Shown in pieces: positions 37,840 to 48,174 of a stretch of 64,000 nucleotides of DNA. The stretch's first letter is position 1. Each line of letters begins with the position of its first letter. The notes beneath the pieces are model-generated. The model was not told the DNA's origin and ran no database searches. It worked only from the letters and a program-made list of their open reading frames with translations. A program made the translations under genes and the position numbers. Origin of the DNA: an uncultured Solirubrobacteraceae bacterium (lineage in GTDB: Bacteria > Actinomycetota > Thermoleophilia > Solirubrobacterales > Solirubrobacteraceae); NCBI GenBank assembly GCA_963822245.1, contig CAWGGR010000006.1, positions 144,779 to 208,778 on the forward strand. Reading direction: 5' to 3'.

Positions 37840-38289
37840 CTACTTGTCGGGCGTGAGGACAAGCAGCAGCCCACCGTCGTCGTCGTAGGCTGGAAACATG
37901 TCGGCTTTGGCGTTCGCCGCGTTGTCGCGTTCGCCGCTGACGCGCACCGGCACCTCGAGCGCGCGCACGCCCCACTCGAGCACCGTCGCGACCGGATCGT
38001 CGCCGTTTGAGAAGTTCAGGCCGAGCACCTCCTCGACGCGCTGGCCGATAACGTCTTCCTCCTCGAGGCCCGTGAACGCGAACGAGTTCTTGCCGCAGCC
38101 GACCACGCGGCCCTCGCCGTCGCAGACGAAGAAGGCGGCGTCCGGCGCCGGGTAGTAGTCGTCGAGCAGTTCGAACAGGAACGCGAAGCCGCACTTCGCA
38201 CAGCCCTTGCGTTGACGCGTGAACCCGATGTTGCGGTCGAGCTCGCTGGTGCGGTGACCGCAGTTGGGGCAGATGAACGGGTGGGCCAT
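37840..38289 (-). CDS. Zn-ribbon + PAS-like domain protein
   Basis: CPNCGH and CAKCGF; then FVCDGEGRVV...FTG...VIG PAS pattern. Confidence 0.72.
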   Translation of the reverse strand: MAHPFICPNCGHRTSELDRNIGFTRQRKGCAKCGFAFLFELLDDYYPAPDAAFFVCDGEGRVVGCGKNSFAFTGLEEEDVIGQRVEEVLGLNFSNGDDPVATVLEWGVRALEVPVRVSGERDNAANAKADMFPAYDDDGGLLLVLTPDK

Positions 38290-38368
38290 GGTCTCTCCTA
38301 CAGGTTACGCAAGCGCGCTCGCGAAGGCCCTGGTATCCGGCGCGGCCCGCGTCCGGCGGCCTCCCGGC

Positions 38369-39430
38369 TCAAAACAGCGAGTGCCCGGCAGCCGCGAGCG
38401 GCTCGAGCCCGAGATGCTCGAACGCGGCGGGCGTCGCCGCGCGCCCGCGCGGAGTGCGCTTGATCAGGCCCTCCTGCAGCAGGTAGGGCTCGTACACGTC
38501 CTCGATCGTGTCCTGCTCCTCACCGACCGCGACCGCGAGCGTCGAGAGCCCGACCGGACCGCCGGCGAACTTGCCGCAGATCGTCTCGAGGATCTTGCGG
38601 TCGAGACGGTCGAGCCCGCGCTCGTCGACCTCGAGCAACTCCAGCGCCGCCTGCGCGGCCTCGGCCGTGACGATGCCCTGCATGCGAACCTCGGCGAAGT
38701 CGCGGACGCGCTTGAGCAGGCGATTGGCGACGCGCGGAGTGCCGCGGCTGCGTGCTGCGATCGCGACGGCGCCCTGCTCCTCGAGCTCGATCTCGAGTAT
38801 CCCTGCCGAGCGGCGGACGATCACCGCGAGCTCGGCCACCTCATACGGTTCCAGGCGCGCCTGGATGCCGAAGCGGTCGCGCAGCGGCGTGGTCAGCAGT
38901 CCGGTGCGCGTGGTCGCGCCGATCAGCGTGAACGGCGGCAGCTCGAGCGTGACCACCCGCGCGCCCGCCCCCTGCCCGACGGTGATCGGCAGGCGATGGT
39001 CCTCCATCGCCGGATAGAACGTCTCCTCGAGCGTGCGCGCGAGCCGGTGGATCTCATCGACGAAGAACACGCTGCGCGGCTCGAGCGCCGTCAGGAACGC
39101 GGCGATGTCGCCCTTGCGCTCGAGCGCCGGCCCTGCCGTCTGCACGAACGGGACTTCCAGCTCAGCCGCGACGATCTGCGCGAGCGAGGTCTTGCCGAGC
39201 CCGGGCGGACCCGCGAGCAGCAGGTGATCGAGCGCATCGCCGCGCGCGCTGCACGCCTCGATCGCGACGGCGAGCTGCTGGCGCAGGCCCTCCTGTCCGA
39301 CGAACTCCTCGAGCCGGCGTGGACGCAGCGAGCGGTCGAGCTCGTCCTCGGGAACGAGATACGGGGTCTGGATGCGCGCGGCCGTCTCGCCTGCGTGCGC
39401 CCCAGAGGGTGTGCCGTTCACGGTGCTCAC
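38369..39430 (-). CDS. ruvB: Holliday junction branch-migration helicase RuvB
   Basis: [38 protein letters not shown]. Confidence 0.97.
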   Translation of the reverse strand: MSTVNGTPSGAHAGETAARIQTPYLVPEDELDRSLRPRRLEEFVGQEGLRQQLAVAIEACSARGDALDHLLLAGPPGLGKTSLAQIVAAELEVPFVQTAGPALERKGDIAAFLTALEPRSVFFVDEIHRLARTLEETFYPAMEDHRLPITVGQGAGARVVTLELPPFTLIGATTRTGLLTTPLRDRFGIQARLEPYEVAELAVIVRRSAGILEIELEEQGAVAIAARSRGTPRVANRLLKRVRDFAEVRMQGIVTAEAAQAALELLEVDERGLDRLDRKILETICGKFAGGPVGLSTLAVAVGEEQDTIEDVYEPYLLQEGLIKRTPRGRAATPAAFEHLGLEPLAAAGHSLF

Positions 39431-39434
39431 CGCC

Positions 39435-40037
39435 TCACGACCCGGCCCGCGCGAGGCGCAGCGCCGCGCCGAGCAGCTCCTCGGCGGTTTCGCCCTCGGC
39501 CTCACGCAGCAGCTCCTCAGCCTCGCCCTGCTCGTAGCCGAGCTCGAGCAGCCCGGCGCGGGCGAGCGCCCGCTGGTCGGGATCCTGGCCGCGGCGGGCG
39601 ACGATCGGCGTCCGCACGGCGCCGATCTCGGCATCGACGCCGACCTTCTCGCGCAGCTCGACGATGATCCGTTCGGCGGTCCGCTTGCCGATCCCGGGCA
39701 CCGCCTGAAAACGCGCGGCGTCGCCCGCGGCGAGCGCCTGGATGAGCTCGCGCGGGGAGCCCGCGGAGAGGACCGCGAGCGCGACCTTCGGGCCGACCGC
39801 CTGGACCGACAGCAGCATCAGGAACAGCTCGCGCTCCTGCTCGGAATGAAAGCCGTAGAGCGCGAGCGCGTCATCGCGCACGATCAGGTGCGTGTGCAGC
39901 GTGACCGGCTCGCCGACCGCGGGGACGTGGCGCAACGTCTCCGCCGAGAGCGCCGCGCGATAGCCGACGCTGTCGCAGAGGATCACGACATGGTCGCTGC
40001 GGCGCACCGCGACCTCGCCGCGCAGCAGCGCGATCAT
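39435..40037 (-). CDS. ruvA: Holliday junction DNA-binding protein RuvA
   Basis: [35 protein letters not shown]. Confidence 0.96.
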   Translation of the reverse strand: MIALLRGEVAVRRSDHVVILCDSVGYRAALSAETLRHVPAVGEPVTLHTHLIVRDDALALYGFHSEQERELFLMLLSVQAVGPKVALAVLSAGSPRELIQALAAGDAARFQAVPGIGKRTAERIIVELREKVGVDAEIGAVRTPIVARRGQDPDQRALARAGLLELGYEQGEAEELLREAEGETAEELLGAALRLARAGS

Positions 40038-40534
40038 GCGCCCACGCCCGCCAGCGCGAGCGAGAGCGGCGCGCAGTTCGCGTGACAGATCGCGACCGCG
40101 AGCGCGTCGGCGGCGTGATCGGGCCGTGGCTCCTCGGCCAGGCCGAGCAGCACCTTGACCATCCGTGCGACCTGGCCCTTCTCGGCGCGCCCGCTGCCGC
40201 AGACCGCCGCCTTGACCTGCTGGGGCGTGTAGCTCGTACACGGCAGGCCGCGCTGGCCGGCCGTCAGCATCGCCACGCCGCGCGCCTGGCCGACCGCGAA
40301 GGCGGTCCTCACGTTCTTGCCGAAGTACAGCTCCTCGAGCGCCATCGCGTCGGGTTCATGCTCATCGATGAGCATCTCGAGCGAGCGGTGGATGTCTGCG
40401 AGCCGGCGCTCCGGCGCGAGCCGCGCGTGCGTCTCGACCACGCCCCCGTCGAGCGCGATCAGGCGGCCGTCGCGGCGCGCGACGACGCCGTAGCCCGTGT
40501 TTGCCAGGCCGGGGTCGATGCCGAGGACTATCAC
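40034..40534 (-). CDS. ruvC: Holliday junction resolvase RuvC
   Basis: LGIDPG, ALEELYF, VGQARG, DHAADALAVAICH. Confidence 0.97.
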   Translation of the reverse strand: MIVLGIDPGLANTGYGVVARRDGRLIALDGGVVETHARLAPERRLADIHRSLEMLIDEHEPDAMALEELYFGKNVRTAFAVGQARGVAMLTAGQRGLPCTSYTPQQVKAAVCGSGRAEKGQVARMVKVLLGLAEEPRPDHAADALAVAICHANCAPLSLALAGVGA

Positions 40535-40589
40535 GAGGAGTGATTCTGCGCGCGCCGTCGGACGCCTGCCTGCCCTACCCTGCGACGTG

Positions 40590-41711
40590 ATGGCCCCAGA
40601 GGAGATCGACTTCGCGGCCGAGGGCCTGCTCGACGGCCTCGAGGGCGAGCGGCGCGCGGAGCGCCTGGCCCTGCTCGAGCACCTCGCCGGAGAGGGCGTG
40701 ACGCTGTCGGAGCTGCGCCGCACGACCGCCTCGGGAACGCTCCTGTTCCTGCCCGCCGACAGGATCATCGGCGGCGGCGAGCGCTACACCTCCGCGCAGG
40801 TCGCCGAGCTGAGCGGCGTGGACATGGAGTTCCTGCTGAGGACACGGCGCGCAATGGGCCTGCCGATCCCCGAGCCCGACGAGGCGACCTACAGCGATAC
40901 CGAGCTCGAGTCCGCACAGATGCTCAACTACGCGCGCGCCGCGGGCATCTCCAACGATGACATCCTCGATCTGCTGCGCGTGCTCGGCCGCGGCCTCGCG
41001 CAGGCCGCCGAGAGCATGCGCGCACTGCCGTTGAAACTCGTGCTCGAGCCGGGACTGAGCGAGCGCGACCTCGCGCTCCGCTACGCCCGCGCGACCGCGC
41101 AGCTGTACCCGCTCGTCGACCCGCTCGTCAGCAACCTGCTCGGATTGCACCTGCGCCACGCGACCCAGACCGAGGTGATCAGCGTGATGGAGCGCAGCGG
41201 CGGGCGGCTGCCCGGCTCGCGCGAGGTCGTCGTCTGCTTCGCCGACCTCGTCGGCTTCACGCGCCTCGGCGAGGAAGTCCCGGCCGATGAGCTCGGTCGC
41301 ATGGCGATGCGCCTGGAAGCGCTCGCGACCGACGTCGCCGAGCCGCCGGTGCGGCTGATCAAGACGATCGGCGACGCGGCGATGCTCACCTCGGCCGAGC
41401 CCGAGCCGCTGCTCGAGGCGGCGCTGCAGCTGATCGCCGGCGCCGACGCCGAGGGCGAGGACTTCCCGCAGCTGCGCGCCGGCGCGGCGCTCGGGCTCGC
41501 GGTGCCGCGCGCCGGCGACTGGTTCGGCCGGCCCGTCAACCTCGCCAGCCGCATCACCTCGATCGCGCGGCCGGGCAGCCTGCTCGCCGAGCGCGAGGTT
41601 CACGAGTCCGCCGAAGATTCCTACCGCTGGTCGTTCGCCGGGCAGCGGCGCCTGCGCGGCATCCGTGAACCGGTCACGCTGTTTCGCGCGCGCCCGCTCG
41701 CCGGCGAGTGA
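40590..41711 (+). CDS. Class III adenylate cyclase with N-terminal regulatory domain (Rv1264/Rv2212-like)
   Basis: VCFADLVGFTRLGE, IKTIGDAAM, DWFGRPVNLASRI. Confidence 0.92.
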   Translation: MAPEEIDFAAEGLLDGLEGERRAERLALLEHLAGEGVTLSELRRTTASGTLLFLPADRIIGGGERYTSAQVAELSGVDMEFLLRTRRAMGLPIPEPDEATYSDTELESAQMLNYARAAGISNDDILDLLRVLGRGLAQAAESMRALPLKLVLEPGLSERDLALRYARATAQLYPLVDPLVSNLLGLHLRHATQTEVISVMERSGGRLPGSREVVVCFADLVGFTRLGEEVPADELGRMAMRLEALATDVAEPPVRLIKTIGDAAMLTSAEPEPLLEAALQLIAGADAEGEDFPQLRAGAALGLAVPRAGDWFGRPVNLASRITSIARPGSLLAEREVHESAEDSYRWSFAGQRRLRGIREPVTLFRARPLAGE

Positions 41712-41718
41712 GCGGGGC

Positions 41719-42486
41719 TCAGGCCGGCACGCGCGACCCGCGGCCCGGCGAGCGGGCGCCCGCGTCCTGGCCCCACAGCCGCCACGGCGCCGCGCCGGCG
41801 GCCCACATGTCGTTCAGCGCGACCGCATCCTTGTAGGTGTCCATGCACTCCCAGAAGCCCTCGTGGCGGTGCGCGCGCAGCTCCCCGGCGCGGGCGAGGC
41901 GGTCGAGCGGGCCACGCTCGAGCGCCTCGTCGCCGTCGAGGCGGTCGAGCACCGGCGCCGCGAAGCAGAAGAAGCCGCCATTGATCCAGTGCTCGGAGCG
42001 CGGCTTCTCGCGAAAGCCGCTGACCCTGCCGTCGCCGTCGAGCTCGGTCACGCCGAACTGCAGCGCGGGACGCACGACGGTCATCGTCGCGAGCGCTCCG
42101 TGGGCGGCGTGGAAGGCGAGCAGCGCCTCGAGGTCGATGTCGGCGACGCCGTCGGCGTAGGTTGCGCAGAACAGCGCCTCGCCCGCGAGCGCGGGCGCGA
42201 GCAGCCTGATGCGACCGCCGGTCTGCGTCTCGAGGCCGGTGTCGAGGCACTCCACCGTGACGCCCTGCGGCCAGCGATGTCCGGCCGCGAAGCGCTCGAT
42301 CAGCTCGCCCTTGTAGCCGGTCGCGAGCAGGAAGCGGCGGAAGCCCTGGACGGCATACAGCTGGATCACGTGCCAGACGATCGGCATGCCGCCGATCTCC
42401 ACGAGCGGCTTGGGGATCTCCTGCGTGTGCTCCTGCAGCCGCGTTCCGCGCCCGCCGCAGAGGATCACGACGGGGGGCCGGCGCAA
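41719..42486 (-). CDS. Glucose-1-phosphate cytidylyltransferase-like nucleotidyltransferase
   Basis: ILCGGRGTRL...PKPLVEIGG, DTG..TQTGGRI, YADG, WINGGFF, GFWECMDT. Confidence 0.88.
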   Translation of the reverse strand: MRRPPVVILCGGRGTRLQEHTQEIPKPLVEIGGMPIVWHVIQLYAVQGFRRFLLATGYKGELIERFAAGHRWPQGVTVECLDTGLETQTGGRIRLLAPALAGEALFCATYADGVADIDLEALLAFHAAHGALATMTVVRPALQFGVTELDGDGRVSGFREKPRSEHWINGGFFCFAAPVLDRLDGDEALERGPLDRLARAGELRAHRHEGFWECMDTYKDAVALNDMWAAGAAPWRLWGQDAGARSPGRGSRVPA

Positions 42487-42490
42487 TCGC

Positions 42491-43240
42491 CTAGCCCGCG
42501 ACGCGCTCGAGCACGTCGGCGGCGATGTCGAAGTTGGCGTGCACCGCGTCGACATCGTCGTTGTCCTCGAGCCCCTCGATCAGGCGCATCACCTTGCCGG
42601 CCTGCGCCTCGTCGATCGGCACGACGCTGGAGGGCCGGTAGACCATCTCCGCGCTGTCCATCGTCACCCCCGCGTCCTCGAGCGCCTTGCGCACGCGCGT
42701 GAAATCGGCGGGCTCGGTGATCACCTCGAAGACGCCCTCGTCGGTCACGATGTCCTCGGCGCCCGCGTCGACAGCGATCATCAGCTCGTCTTCGGAGTAG
42801 CGCGTCGCGTCGATCAGGATCGTCCCCTTCTTGTCGAACAGGTACGCGACCGAGCCGGGCTCGCCGAGGCTGCCGCCGTTCTTGGAGAACGCGTGCCGGA
42901 TGTCGGCCCCCGTGCGGTTGCGGTTCTCGGTCAGCGCCTCCACCAGCACGGCCACGCCGCCCGGGCCGTAGCCCTCGTACAGGACGCTCTCGATCGCGTC
43001 CGCCTCGCCGCCCTCGCCGGTCCCCTTTGCGATCGCGCGCTCGATGTTGTCCTTCGGCATCGACGCTTCCTTGGCCTTGCGGATCGCGAGGTCGAGCGCC
43101 GGGTTCCCGTCCGGGTCGCCGCCGCCGTCACGCGCCGCGACCGTGATCGCGCGCGTGAGCTTCGAGAACGCGGCTCCGCGCCGCGAGTCGACGATCGCCT
43201 TCTTGTGCTTGATGCTCGCCCACTTGGAGTGCCCGGACAT
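42491..43240 (-). CDS. yebC: YebC/PmpR family protein
   Basis: MSGHSKWASIKHKK, YEGYGPGG, LEDNDDVDAVHAN. Confidence 0.96.
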   Translation of the reverse strand: MSGHSKWASIKHKKAIVDSRRGAAFSKLTRAITVAARDGGGDPDGNPALDLAIRKAKEASMPKDNIERAIAKGTGEGGEADAIESVLYEGYGPGGVAVLVEALTENRNRTGADIRHAFSKNGGSLGEPGSVAYLFDKKGTILIDATRYSEDELMIAVDAGAEDIVTDEGVFEVITEPADFTRVRKALEDAGVTMDSAEMVYRPSSVVPIDEAQAGKVMRLIEGLEDNDDVDAVHANFDIAADVLERVAG

Positions 43241-43436
43241 GCCCACAGTCTACGAACACGACCGTCGCCCGCGCCTCGCGCGAAGCCCCGGCCGCGACGC
43301 CGGACGCGCACGCGCGCACGCGCGTGGCTGCCGGCGAATCCCGAGGAGTGGTAGTTTCGCGGGATCCGACCGGGGCTCATGGGTTGACAGGCAGGGCCGT
43401 GCGGCCGCCGGCGACTTCGAGACGGGAGCGGCACAG

Positions 43437-45554
43437 ATGACGCTGCGAGCGACACGCTCAGTTCACGGATGGAGGCGGCGCGGGACGCTCGCGCTACTCG
43501 CGCTGGCCATCGGCCTTGCGATCCCGTCGGCCTGGACGCCCGCGGCGTCCGCCACCGAACTCGGCGAAGTCACCGAGTTCAAAGTCCCGCTCGAAGGCGA
43601 GACTCAAGGAATCACGGCCGGCGCCGAAGGCGACCTGTGGTTCACCCAGAGCAACGTCCAGATGAAAAGCGGCCAGGTCGGGCGGATCACCCCGACGGGC
43701 GAAATCACCGAGTTCCCCACCGGCATCACAAGCTTCCCGAGCGAGAGCGGGATCACGACCGGGCTCGAAGGCGACCTCTGGTTCGACCACCTCAGCGGGC
43801 AGGGCGTCGGCCGGATGACCCCGAGCGGAGAAGGCACCGATTTCCCGGACGGCGGCGGCGAACCCGAGCTCGTGGCTATCACCACCGGCTCCGAAGGCAA
43901 CCTCTGGTTCACCCAGGACAGCGTCGGGTCGATCGGGGAGATGACCCCGACGGGGGTCGTCACGCCAGTCCCCACCGGCAACGCCTGGACCACGCCGAAC
44001 TTCGACACCCAGGGGATCACAACCGGCCCCGAAGGCGACATCTGGTTCACGGAGTACAGCGCTCATGCGATCGGACGGGCGACGCCGGGCGGCGTGGTCA
44101 CGAAATTCACAAGCGGCATCCCCAGCGGGGCCGAACCGACCGCGATCGTCTCCGGGCCGGAAGGCGACCTCTGGTTCACCGAGGACGGCAGCGAATTCGG
44201 CATCGGGCGGATCACGCCGAGCGGCTCGGTGAAGGTGTTCAACACCGGCAAAGCCACCGCGCGCCCGGACGGGATCGCGGCCGGGACCGAAGGCGATCTG
44301 TGGTTCACGGAATTCGAAAACGGCAAGATCACCAGGTTCACGCCCTCCGGCGAAATCACGCGCTTTCAGACCGGCAACCCGGAGTCCGGCAGCGACACGC
44401 CGGAGGCGATCACCGCCGGGCCCGAAGGCAACATGTGGTTCACCCAGGGCGAAAGCAACGAGATCGGCCGCATCTACACCGGCGGCGGCGCTGCGCGCCC
44501 CGCGGTGACGAAGCTCACGCCCAACGACGGCTCCGCCGAAGGCGGCTCGGAAGTCACGATCACCGGGCTCAACCTCGAAGGCGTCGAAGGCGTGAGCTTC
44601 GGCTCGACGCCTGCGCTCGAAGTCACGCCGGTCTCGGCGAACACCGTGATCGCGATCGCGCCGCCGGGCGTCGCCGGCAAAACCGTCAACGTGACCGTCT
44701 CGACCAGCGCCGGCTCCAGCCCGATCAGCCGCGGCGACCGCTTCAAGTACGACGCCGATCCGCTCAAACTCACGCCGAAAGCACTCAAGCTCGCGACCGC
44801 CGGCGTCCCCTACGCGGACACCCTCCACGGCATCGGGGGTACCGAACCCTATGACTTCAAGGTCGTCTCCGGGACGCTTCCCGCGGGCATCGAACTGACC
44901 GCCGGCGGGGAACTCACGGGCACGCCGGAAGCGGCCGGGACAAGCACGTTCGTGGTGAAGGTGAGCGACTCCTCGCTGCCGATGCTCACGGCGACCAGGC
45001 AATACACGCTGGAAACGCAACTCGACATCACGCCCAGCTCGCTCGGACGCATGACCGCGGGCAGCACCGTCTCCAAGGAATTCGCCGTCACGGGCGGAAC
45101 GCCGCCATACACCCTCGTGCTGACGAACCTCACCTCGATCGGGCTCGAATTCTCCTTCGACGCCCTGACCGGCCAGGGCCTGCTCAGCGGGGTGCCCGCG
45201 ATCGCGGGCAGTTACACGCTGACCGCCGAAGCAACCGACGGCGCGGACCCCCAGAACAGCGGCACGCGCACGTTCAAAGTCAAAGTCGGCCTCGGCCTGC
45301 TGCCGGCGGCGCTGCCCGGAGCAACCGTCGGCACGGCATATGAAACGGGGATCGAAGTGCTCGGCGGCTCGGGTTCCTACGCGTACAACGTCAGCGAAGG
45401 CACGCTGCCGGCAGGCCTCGAACTGGGCGCGAGCAGCGGCCGGATCGAAGGCACGCCGACCGAAGCGGGCAAAAGCAAGTTCGCCGTGACCGTCACCGAC
45501 CACATCACTGGGCTGACGGCGACGATCAAGTACCACCTCAAGGTGGCGCCCTGA
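43437..45554 (+). CDS. Secreted Vgb (streptogramin lyase)-like 7-bladed propeller + IPT/TIG + putative Ig (He_PIG-like) domains
   Basis: Signal peptide; seven GxEG[D/N]xWF repeats; IPT (P.VT.L.P..G...GG..VTITG); LPAG/ISG-type Ig repeats. Confidence 0.88.
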   Translation: MTLRATRSVHGWRRRGTLALLALAIGLAIPSAWTPAASATELGEVTEFKVPLEGETQGITAGAEGDLWFTQSNVQMKSGQVGRITPTGEITEFPTGITSFPSESGITTGLEGDLWFDHLSGQGVGRMTPSGEGTDFPDGGGEPELVAITTGSEGNLWFTQDSVGSIGEMTPTGVVTPVPTGNAWTTPNFDTQGITTGPEGDIWFTEYSAHAIGRATPGGVVTKFTSGIPSGAEPTAIVSGPEGDLWFTEDGSEFGIGRITPSGSVKVFNTGKATARPDGIAAGTEGDLWFTEFENGKITRFTPSGEITRFQTGNPESGSDTPEAITAGPEGNMWFTQGESNEIGRIYTGGGAARPAVTKLTPNDGSAEGGSEVTITGLNLEGVEGVSFGSTPALEVTPVSANTVIAIAPPGVAGKTVNVTVSTSAGSSPISRGDRFKYDADPLKLTPKALKLATAGVPYADTLHGIGGTEPYDFKVVSGTLPAGIELTAGGELTGTPEAAGTSTFVVKVSDSSLPMLTATRQYTLETQLDITPSSLGRMTAGSTVSKEFAVTGGTPPYTLVLTNLTSIGLEFSFDALTGQGLLSGVPAIAGSYTLTAEATDGADPQNSGTRTFKVKVGLGLLPAALPGATVGTAYETGIEVLGGSGSYAYNVSEGTLPAGLELGASSGRIEGTPTEAGKSKFAVTVTDHITGLTATIKYHLKVAP

Positions 45555-45573
45555 CCGTCACCGACCACATCAC
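45487..45573 (+). repeat. 22-bp perfect direct repeat TGACCGTCACCGACCACATCAC (45487-45508 and 45552-45573)
   Basis: Read directly from sequence; the second copy contains the stop codon of the Vgb-like gene. Confidence 0.9.
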
Positions 45574-45725
45574 GGGGCCATCGGCGCGCTCGATGCACAC
45601 CAGTTCACGCTCGGCCCGCTGATCTGTCCGAGGCCGAGCGTTCCTCAGCGGCCCGCGGGCCCCGTCGCGCGGCGCGACGGCGGCCCCGGCCCCTGCCACG
45701 ACGCGGCGACTAGGATGCGCGGGCG

Positions 45726-47135
45726 ATGAGCACCCCCGACATCTTCAAGGCGTATGACATCCGCGGCCTCTACGGCGAGCAGATCGACGGCGATCTCGCC
45801 GAGCGGATCGGGCGCGCGTTCGCGCGCGTGCTCTCGCAGCTCGCCGGCAAGCCCGTGGCGGAGCTGCGCGTCGGCCTCGGGCGCGACATGCGCCTCACCG
45901 CCCCCGAGCTCGCGGCGCGCTATTGCGAGGGGCTGCTGTCAGCCGGCGCCGACGTGCTCGACGCCGGTCAGGTCGGCAGCGAGATGCTGTATTTCCTCGT
46001 CGGCTCGCGCGAGCTCGACGGCGGGCTGATGTGCACCGCGTCGCACAACCCGAAGGCGTACACGGGCGCGAAGCTCGTGCGCGACGGGGCAATCGCACTG
46101 TCCGGCGACTCGGGCATCGGCGACATCCGCCGCGAGGTCGAGGCCGAGATCGCCTCCGGCGCGCGCGCAGCACCGGCGCGCGGCACCCGCGAGGAGGTCG
46201 ATCTCTACGGCGAGTTCCAGGCGGCCGCGCTGCGCTTCATCGATCCCGCCGTGATCGGCGGCGAGCACGGGCGCCGCCTGAAGGTCGTGCTCGATGGCGG
46301 CAACGGCATGGCCGGGCCGATGGTCGGCCCGCTGCTCGAGCGCCTCGATCTCGAGCTGATCGAGACCTACTGGACGCCCGACGGCAACTTTCCCGACCAC
46401 GAGCCCAACCCGCTGCTACCGGAGAACCGGGCGATGATCATCGAGCGCGTGCGCTCGAGCGGCGCGGACCTCGGGATCGCCTGGGACGGCGACGCCGACC
46501 GCTGCTTCTTCATCGATGACAGCGGCGCGTTCGTGGACGGCGACTTCCTCACCGCGCTGCTCGCCGAGTCGCTGCTGCGCACGAACCCCGGCGAGGCGAT
46601 CCTCTACGATGTGCGCGCCTCGCGTGCCGTCGCCGACACCGTCACGCGCGCCGGCGGCAAGCCGTACGTCAACCGCGTCGGGCACGCGTTCTTCAAGACC
46701 CGGATGCGCAGCGAGGGATCGCTGTTCGGCGGCGAGGTCTCCGGGCACTACTACTTCCGCGACTTCTACTGCGCGGACTCCGGCACGCTGCCGGCGCTGC
46801 TCGTGCTCGAGCTGCTCGCGCGCGAGGGCAGGAGCATGTCCGAGCTGCTCGCGCCCTACCACGCCAGGTACTTCATCTCCGGGGAGATCAACTCGGAGGT
46901 CGCCGATGCGGGCGCGAAGATGGAGGAGATCGCCGAGCACTACGGCGACGCCCGCCAGCAGCGCCTCGACGGCATCTCGATCGACTACGAGGACTGGCAT
47001 TTCAACGTGCGCTCGTCCAACACCGAGCCGCTGCTCAGACTGTGCCTCGAGTCGCTGGTCTCGGTCGCGGACATGGAACGCCGGCGCGACGAGGTGCTCG
47101 CACTGATCCGCTCGCCGGCGACGGCCCGGTCGTGA
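45726..47135 (+). CDS. Phosphomannomutase/phosphoglucomutase
   Basis: FKAYDIRG, TASHNP, DGDADR, GEVSGHYY, RSSNTEP. Confidence 0.95.
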   Translation: MSTPDIFKAYDIRGLYGEQIDGDLAERIGRAFARVLSQLAGKPVAELRVGLGRDMRLTAPELAARYCEGLLSAGADVLDAGQVGSEMLYFLVGSRELDGGLMCTASHNPKAYTGAKLVRDGAIALSGDSGIGDIRREVEAEIASGARAAPARGTREEVDLYGEFQAAALRFIDPAVIGGEHGRRLKVVLDGGNGMAGPMVGPLLERLDLELIETYWTPDGNFPDHEPNPLLPENRAMIIERVRSSGADLGIAWDGDADRCFFIDDSGAFVDGDFLTALLAESLLRTNPGEAILYDVRASRAVADTVTRAGGKPYVNRVGHAFFKTRMRSEGSLFGGEVSGHYYFRDFYCADSGTLPALLVLELLAREGRSMSELLAPYHARYFISGEINSEVADAGAKMEEIAEHYGDARQQRLDGISIDYEDWHFNVRSSNTEPLLRLCLESLVSVADMERRRDEVLALIRSPATARS

Positions 47136-47148
47136 GCACGGCCGAGCC

Positions 47149-48174
47149 GTGAGCGAGGAGCTCGAGCCCACCGAGCAGGAGCAGCTGGCGCTCGCCGCCG
47201 AGGCCGGCATCCACCGCCTGGCGATCCCGACGCCGTTCCAGGTCGGGCGCATCAACGCCTATCTGCTCGAGGGCACGCCGTTGACGCTGATCGACTCCGG
47301 GCCGAACTCGGCGAAGGCGCTCGACGAGCTCGAACTCGCGCTCGCTGCGCATTCCTACGCGATCGAGGACATCGAGCTGCTCGTCGTCAGCCACCAGCAC
47401 ATCGACCATTTCGGCCTCGGCGCGATCCTTGCGCGGCGCTCGGGCGCGGAGGTCGCCGCACTCGACATCCTCGCGCCGTTCCTGGGGCGCTTCGGCCAGG
47501 CGGCCGAGCTCGACGACAGCTTCGCCGAGGGCGTGATGATGCGCCACGGCATCCCGCCGGAAATCGTGCGCGCGCTGCGCTCCGTCTCGGCGAGCTTCCG
47601 CGCGTGGGGCTCGGCTGTCGAGGTCACGCGACCGCTCGCCGCCGGCGGCGTGCTCGCGCTCGGCGAGCGCGCGCTGCGTGTTCTGCACCGTCCCGGCCAC
47701 AGCCCTTCGGACACTGTCTTCCTCGACGAGTCGCGCGGCATCCTGCTCGCCGCCGACCACCTGATCGCGCACATCTCCTCCAATCCCCTGCTCGCGCGCC
47801 CGCTCGACGCGGTCGGCGAGTACACGGGCCCGCGCCCGCAGGCGCTGCTGACATACATCGACTCGCTCGAGAAGACCCGCGCGATGGAGCTCGCGCTGGT
47901 GCTCCCCGGCCACGGCCGGCCGATCAGCGACCACGTCGCGCTGATCGACGAGCGCTTTCGCCTGCACGAGCGCAGGGCGGCGAAGATCCACGGCCTGATC
48001 GCGGCGCAGCCGCGGACCGCGCACGAGATCGCCCAGGAGCTGTGGGGAAACGTCGCCGTCACGCAGGCCTACCTGACCCTGTCAGAGGTGCTGGGCCATG
48101 TCGATCTGCTGCTCCGCGACGGCCTCGTCGTCGAGCAGGAGCGAGACGGCATCGCCGTGTTCCGCGCGACCTGA
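47149..48174 (+). CDS. MBL-fold metallo-hydrolase
   Basis: SHQHIDHFG, PGHSP, AADHL, PGHG. Confidence 0.9.
   Translation: MSEELEPTEQEQLALAAEAGIHRLAIPTPFQVGRINAYLLEGTPLTLIDSGPNSAKALDELELALAAHSYAIEDIELLVVSHQHIDHFGLGAILARRSGAEVAALDILAPFLGRFGQAAELDDSFAEGVMMRHGIPPEIVRALRSVSASFRAWGSAVEVTRPLAAGGVLALGERALRVLHRPGHSPSDTVFLDESRGILLAADHLIAHISSNPLLARPLDAVGEYTGPRPQALLTYIDSLEKTRAMELALVLPGHGRPISDHVALIDERFRLHERRAAKIHGLIAAQPRTAHEIAQELWGNVAVTQAYLTLSEVLGHVDLLLRDGLVVEQERDGIAVFRAT

Noticed and set aside
43325-43436. GCGAATCCC...GGGATCCGACCGGGG upstream of the Vgb-like gene, considered as a c-di-AMP riboswitch
   Set aside because: The 3' conserved elements (GUAGGG, CCCGAACCCGUCAGCUAAC) are absent.
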